Assembly: GCA_965198065.1 (NCBI GenBank)
Contig: CBDAON010000004.1
Coordinates: 416,001 to 480,000, forward strand
Source: Longimicrobiales bacterium
GTDB lineage: Bacteria; Gemmatimonadota; Gemmatimonadetes; Longimicrobiales; Gaopeijiaceae
DNA: 64,000 nt
Direction of reading: 5' to 3'
Below are positions 58,882 through 64,000 of this stretch, piece after piece. Below the pieces are notes generated by a model. That model was not told the origin of the DNA and made no database searches. It saw nothing but the letters and a program-made list of their open reading frames with translations. Position 1 is the first letter of the stretch, and the number at the start of each line of letters is the position of its first letter. The position numbers and the translations under genes were made by a program.

Positions 58882-60167
58882 TGACCTACCCCCCCAAGCG
58901 GTACCACCTAGAGTGTTAGTCCAAGCACCTCCTTTTGGCTGGGGGGTGGTCCAAGAAGCAGAGGTAGGTTGAGCAGCTTTGGGTCTGGCCGGATCGCTTC
59001 GGGGGCCGGGGGTCGATAACCCAGAGAGCTGTGCGGTCGATGCGTGTTGTATTCGCGCCGCCACTGCTCGATCAGCACCTTCGCCTCCTCCAGCGAATAG
59101 AAGATTTCGCGCTTTAGCAGCTCGTTTCGGAGCGTGCCGTTAAAGCTCTCATTGTAGCCGTTCTCCCACGGGCTGCCCGGCTCGATGAACAGCGTCTTCA
59201 CGCCTAGCTCACCGAGCCACTGCCGAACCACTCGGGCCGTGAACTCCGGACCGTTGTCGGAGCGAAGATTCGCCGGTGGACCGTGCTCGGCAAACAGCTC
59301 GCTCAGCGTCTGCAGAACATCGTCCGCCTGAAGCCTGCGAGTCACCACGATCGCCAGGCACTCCCGGCTGTACTCATCCAGCACCGTCAGCATCTTGAGC
59401 GGCCGTCCATCATGCGTCCGGTCCGCCACGAAGTCATACGCCCATACATGGTGTCGGTACAGGGGCCGCAGTCGGATACAAGAACCGTCGGTCAGCCACA
59501 GCCTTCCCTCGTTTCGGCTGCTTACTTGGCACCTTGAGCCCCTCCTGTCTCCAGATCCGCTCCACCCGCTTGTGGTTCACGGCCCAGCCCTCCGTCCTCA
59601 GCATCCCCGTCACCATCCGGTACCCGTAGCGCCCGAACCTGCGAGCCACCTTCACCACGTCCTGCCTCAGGGCCTCTTCGTCCTCCCTGCGCTTCGGTAT
59701 CCGACGCTGTGTCGAGCGTGACTGTCCCGAGCACCCGGCACGCTCTCCTCTCCGACGCCCCGAGCTACTGACGTACACGCACCACACAACGTCGTCGGCG
59801 CTCGGGGCTCAGAAGTTTCCCTCGGAGGCTTCCTTCAAGATCAGCTTGTCCAGCGTCAGCTCTGCCACCGCCCGCTTCAGCTGTTGGTTCTCCTTCTCGA
59901 GCTCCTTGAGACGCTTCGCCTGGCTCAGCTTCATTCCCCCGTACTCCCGCCGCCATCGGTAGTACGTTTGCTCGCTCACCCCCAGCTCTCGGTACACCTC
60001 TTTGGTCGTATTGCCGTTCGCCAGGGCCACCTCTGCCTTGCGTGGCCGGTTGATGATCTGTGCCGGACTCAGCCTCTTTGGTGCGGCCATTGTGCCCTCT
60101 CCTTTCGTGTCTTGACCCCGTCCAGATTCTAAAACTGGACTCGGTCTCGTTTTAGGGGGGTAGATCA
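58882..60167 (-). mobile_element. IS3-family element, full length but frameshifted in orfB
   Basis: Ends TGATCTACCCCCC (60167, minus strand) and TGACCTACCCCCC (58882); orfA ..LILKEASEGNF; orfB DEYSRE, DNGPEF, PGSPWENGYNESFNG; no TSD. Confidence 0.9.
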
Positions 60168-60171
60168 CCGA

Positions 60172-60220
60172 GGCGGTGGGACTAACACCACTGTAGGTGG
60201 TGCCGCTTTGGGGCAGGTCA
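60172..60220 (+). mobile_element. Orphan IS3 right-end scrap
   Basis: GGGACTAACACCACTGTAGGTGGTGCCGCTTTGGGGCAGGTCA resembles the right ends at 28828 and 61012 in the opposite orientation. Confidence 0.7.
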
Positions 60221-60317
60221 GAGCCAGGCAAAGCACCTTCTCCGGCGCCTGCACAAGCTCGGCCTCGAGATCCAGATCAAGCAGGCCGCACAGAAGTCCG
60301 AAGGGAGTTTCACAGGA

Positions 60318-60357
60318 AGACAAAGGCCCCCTGGCTTCCGCTAGGGGGCCTTTGTCT
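60318..60357 (-). terminator. Intrinsic-terminator-like hairpin downstream of 60391-60885
   Basis: AGACAAAGGCCCCCTGG...CTAGGGGGCCTTTGTCT, ~17-bp stem with short T-runs on both strands. Confidence 0.7.
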
Positions 60358-60390
60358 ATCTGACCCTCTCGGGTTTGTTCTCCGGTTAGG

Positions 60391-60885
60391 TCATTCGGTT
60401 TTCGCTCGTTGAAGTCTCACCGTATCTCTCCGGATGAGATCGCGATCCTCGTCGAGCAATTCCACAACGACAAACACGGAACTAGCGGATCCTGGTAGGC
60501 CGGCCATCTCATCAAGTGTAACGCTGACGAATGCTGGTTCTAGCTTGTAGGCTGATCCAGTAACAAAGTCGATGACTATTCCTGGGAGGCCGCCCCAGAG
60601 AAGATTCACCCACACCCATCCATTCGTGCCTCTGGTGAGGGCAAGTGTGCTCGTCTCGTATCCGTCTAGGGAGATCTCAAGTTGGTACTGATTGCGGCGC
60701 GGTAGGGATACCATAGCAGGAACCCCACCCGAAGCCATTTCGATGCCACCGGAAGAGACGACCGTATAGGTCGCTTGAGAAGGAGCCGCCGTCACTGACA
60801 CGACCTGCGCGCCCCCGCCACCGACGAGTGTGGCGCATCCGGCGACGAATGACAGCATTGCGATCGCGAGTAGAGTCCGTATCAC
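60391..60885 (-). CDS. Lipoprotein with PEGA-like domain
   Basis: Lipobox VAGC, ATLVGG..Q.VSV.A.P, SLDGYE, W.NLL.GG..GI.IDF.TG.AYKL.P. Confidence 0.7.
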   Translation of the reverse strand: MIRTLLAIAMLSFVAGCATLVGGGGAQVVSVTAAPSQATYTVVSSGGIEMASGGVPAMVSLPRRNQYQLEISLDGYETSTLALTRGTNGWVWVNLLWGGLPGIVIDFVTGSAYKLEPAFVSVTLDEMAGLPGSASSVFVVVELLDEDRDLIRRDTVRLQRAKTE

Positions 60886-61011
60886 TGAAAGGTCCTCTCG
60901 GGTAGGGGTACCTGCGAGTTGGCATGAACATTACGGCGGTAAAAAAGTGAGGATACCCCGCGAATCACAACCGTGCAACCCCCCGCGAGAATCGACTGCG
61001 TCGGCGCCATC

Positions 61012-61850
61012 TGACCTGCCCCCAAAAGCGGTACCACCTAGAGTGTTAGTCCAAGCACCTCCTTTTGGCTGGGGGGTGGTCCAAGAAGCAGAGGCAGGTT
61101 GAGCAGCTTTGGGTCTGGCCGGATCGCTTCGGGGGCCGGGGGTCGATAACTCAGAGAGCTGTGCGGTCGATACCGTTGTCGGAGCGAAGATTCGCCGGTG
61201 GACCGTGCTCGGCAAACAGCTCGCTCAGCGTCTGCAGAACATCGTCCGCCTGAAGCTTGCGAGTCACCACGATCGCCAGGCACTCCCGGCTGTACTCATC
61301 CAGCACCGTCAGCATCTTGAGCGGCCGTCCATCATGCGTCCGGTCCGCCACGAAGTCATATGCCCATACATGGTGTCGGTACAGGGGCCGCAGTCGGATA
61401 CAAGAACCGGCGGTCAGCCACAGCCTTCCTCGCTTCGGCTGCCGCTCCGGCACCTTCAGCCCCTCCTGCCTCCAGATCCACTCCACCCGCTTGTGGTTCA
61501 CCCCCCAGCCCTCGATCCGCAGCAGGTTCGTGATCTGGCGGTACCCGTAGCGGCCGAACCGGCTCGCTAACCGCACCACGTCCGAGCGAAGCGCCGCCTC
61601 GTCGGCCCGCACCTTCCGCCGACGATGCTGCGTCGACCGTGACTGGCCCAGCACCCGGCACGCATGCCGCTCACTCGCCCCGAGCCGCTGGCGCACATGC
61701 ACCACTGCCCTGCGTCTTCGCTCGGGGCTCAGAAGTTTCCCTTCGCCGCTTCCTCTTCGCCACCGCTCGCTTCAGCCGTGCATTCTCCTGCTCAAGCTCC
61801 TTCACGTGGCGTGCCTGGTCCCCTCGCCCACCGTCTTCCCGTTCGCTAGT
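61012..61850 (-). mobile_element. Degraded IS3 remnant with an internal deletion in orfB and truncated orfA
   Basis: Right end TGACCTGCCCCC at 61012; near-identical to 58882-59510 except for a ~230-bp deletion at ~61170 (SDNG joined to RPHSSL). Confidence 0.88.
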
Positions 61851-61855
61851 CACAT

Positions 61856-62495
61856 CACTCTAGGTACGGAAGTTCTGGGAATCGCACTTGCTACTGTTCT
61901 AAGCAATCGTGATAACGGTAGAGGTACTTATTATGGATTGTGACTATTGTGCCGATACGATCCTGAATGCCCCTAGCAATAGATAAAGTATCCCCTACCT
62001 TCTTACCAATTATGGCTCTAGAGATTTCATGATCTGGCGGAAGTTCAGGCTCCGCAAATGGTGGAGTACCATCTCGTAGCTCCTCGAGAATTATCCAATC
62101 CCTTGCTCAACATAGCACACCGCAACTCCACTTTCTACACGTTCTGGGGTTTCTAGAAGCGGCTCAGTCCCAAAAGGAGATAAAGCGATAAGGAACGCCC
62201 GGTGTCCGTCTGGATTGTTGAAATTGGCGCGAATCACCTGATAGGCGTACTCCACTGCGTACTCCGCATGGCCGATTTCTCTCGGAACCCGCACGGCGTC
62301 GGAAGCTATTTGCAGTATCACTCGATCTGGTGTGGGTACTCCTAAGGGATCTTGGTCTATCAAGTGGATCCGGTCGAGTTCCAATCCCATAATCGACCGT
62401 CTCAGCTTGAGTTCTTCATCACTCGGACATCGGTCAATCTCCTGATTTAGAACACTGATGGCAGCGTCGGTATCGTAGATCCTTAGCGTCAACTA
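61856..62495 (-). pseudogene. Internal fragment of a TPR-GreA/GreB-C(-PIN) type protein
   Basis: NFNNPDGHRAFL...PERVESGVAVCYVEQG then frameshift, WIILEE...PPDHEISRAIIGKKVGDT...TIVTIHNKYLYRY (my translation; GreA/B C-terminal-like); lower GC. Confidence 0.55.
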
Positions 62496-62496
62496 T

Positions 62497-64000
62497 CTAG
62501 CCCGTGTTGCACTTCAAAGTTGACGCTTGAGCAGCCTCCTCGTCCTCGCTGCGCAACGCACCCTCTGCGTCAACCGGCGCAGTTGACCACAAGTCTTCGA
62601 GTTGCTTCTTCGTCAGAATCTGAGCTGAGCGCATTCTCTCGCTCCCTGTCATATCCGCAACATCGATCTCGTTGAACCTATCTTGAAGCTTGCGCATGTG
62701 AGCGTAGCATCCGATGTCGATCGCGAAAGCCTGGTACGTTCCGGGAGACGATTTATGAGTCAGAGCGGCTCCGGCACTATGGATGATGCGATAGTCGAGC
62801 AGGCGATAGAGTAGTGCCCGAATCTGGTCCTCTTGCTGCATCATCTCCTCGGATACCATCATGATGTTGGTTCTCTTTTCGATGCAGAACTTCCGCAACA
62901 CATAGATCCCTCGAATTAACGTAGCCTGCTCATCACCTGCCGAGTCCTGCTTGAGTTCTTCGATCCGTCTTTCAAAATTCGAGCGACTCATGATTCGAAC
63001 GTCATCCTTGCCGATGCGGCCATCGCCCTGACTCGCACCTTGAAGGGCTTCAAGGAACAGTGACAGGCAATCTCTCGGAACGCCGCCCCCTGCCATTATC
63101 AGCCGATCGAACCCCGCACCCTTGAACAGCGAGTCAATGTCTCCAGAGTTGAGTCCCGCGAGTTTCGCAAACTCGCCGAAGATCTGACGATTTTGGCGCG
63201 CAGTCCTCCGGAAGTCGGTAAAGGCAAAGTCGATGTTAATGGGTTGATAGTCGTGCCGTTCTTGAGCTCCTATGGGTTGGCCGTCGCGGTCGGCGTAAAG
63301 AGTGCTTGAGTGCCGAAGGGTGGCGACCTTGAAATACAGCGGCAGATCCTTACAGAGTCGATGCAGGTAGTCCATCACGTCGGGTTGGTCAACGCGGGCG
63401 AGATGGTAGAAATCGTCGAGTTGGAGGAAGACTGCCTTCACGGTCTTGGAGAGACCAAAGAATTCTCGGATCTGCAGCTTCAACCGTGGGAGCCGCGTTT
63501 GGAGTTCGCCAAGCTTGTCAGTCCGTTGAGCATAACGGAGTTCTAGGGCTGTACTCTTGCCCGCGTGGCTGGTGGATTCACCGGCGAGCCTAAAGCCTTT
63601 CGAGGCAATAGAGCCACCGGCCTTGTCCCCCTCCTGCTCCGTCGCGATGTGCGACTCAACCACGTCAGCCTCTGATTCGTCATCTTGCTGACGGAGGTTC
63701 GCTAGATCAAGGCGAATCTCGGCGATGAGTTCACATGACCTCCTCTTCTTGCCAAACCATCCAGACAGGTTGCGCTCGAGCTCAGCGAAGAGAACATCCA
63801 GGACCTCGATGAGAACGTTTGGGAACGAGTGGTGTTTGAAATCCTCGCAGTTCAGGTAGACCGACTGAAGTCGCCTGGCAGCTCCTTTGCCGAGTGGTGA
63901 AGCAGCAGGGTCTTACCGCAGCCACGGCGGGCGAACACGGCGTGATTCTGGCGCGCACAGATGTCGCTCAGCGCGCGGGATACGTCGATGTACGGAACGG
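62497..64000 (-). CDS. P-loop ATPase (ORC/CDC6- or STAND-like), 5' end outside window, frameshift near 63870
   Basis: My translation of 63880-64000 gives NHAVFARRGCGKTLLL (Walker A); Walker B FLQLDDFY, FKVATL, AGGGVPRD; C-terminal winged-helix-like LYRLLDYRIIH...FAIDIGCY. Confidence 0.7.

Overview
High-GC bacterial DNA. The protein styles (BTAD-TPR regulator, DUF4382/DUF5666 lipoprotein, large Ig-like lipoproteins, a 'CDRTP.IRD.I' LRR-cap fragment) suggest Gemmatimonadota, possibly host- or sponge-associated; this is inference. 1-27 kb is chromosomal-type but partly decayed. It carries a cytochrome P460/c'-beta-cupredoxin fusion, glycerate kinase, a large CPBP protease, a lipoprotein with a 561-bp internal duplication, a PQQ sugar dehydrogenase, transporters, a co-oriented run of outer-membrane beta-barrel genes (LpxR, DUF1207, DUF3943) behind a SARP/BTAD-TPR regulator, and an IS256 insertion. 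27-36 kb is an IS graveyard: IS1595, IS3 with a nested IS407-group element, a tRNA-Leu-like att remnant and a truncated P4-type integrase. About 36.3-55 kb is a nearly intact integrative conjugative element: tyrosine integrase, excisionase, ArdC, VirB2-3-4-9-10-5-6-8, VirD4-like coupling protein, VirB11, AlpA, a lambda-like CI/Cro switch with three candidate operators and an adjacent MazEF/PemIK toxin-antitoxin pair. I find no recognisable HUH relaxase in it. Instead it has two winged-helix proteins (one with a PD-(D/E)XK, MOBC/Replic_Relax-like signature) and a ~290-bp highly structured intergenic region upstream of the coupling-protein gene. 55-64 kb holds defence-gene debris, lipoproteins, more IS3 remnants and a lower-GC P-loop ATPase next to a TPR-GreAB-C fragment. 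No CRISPR array, rRNA or complete tRNA was seen. All family calls come from recognising motifs by eye, not from database searches.
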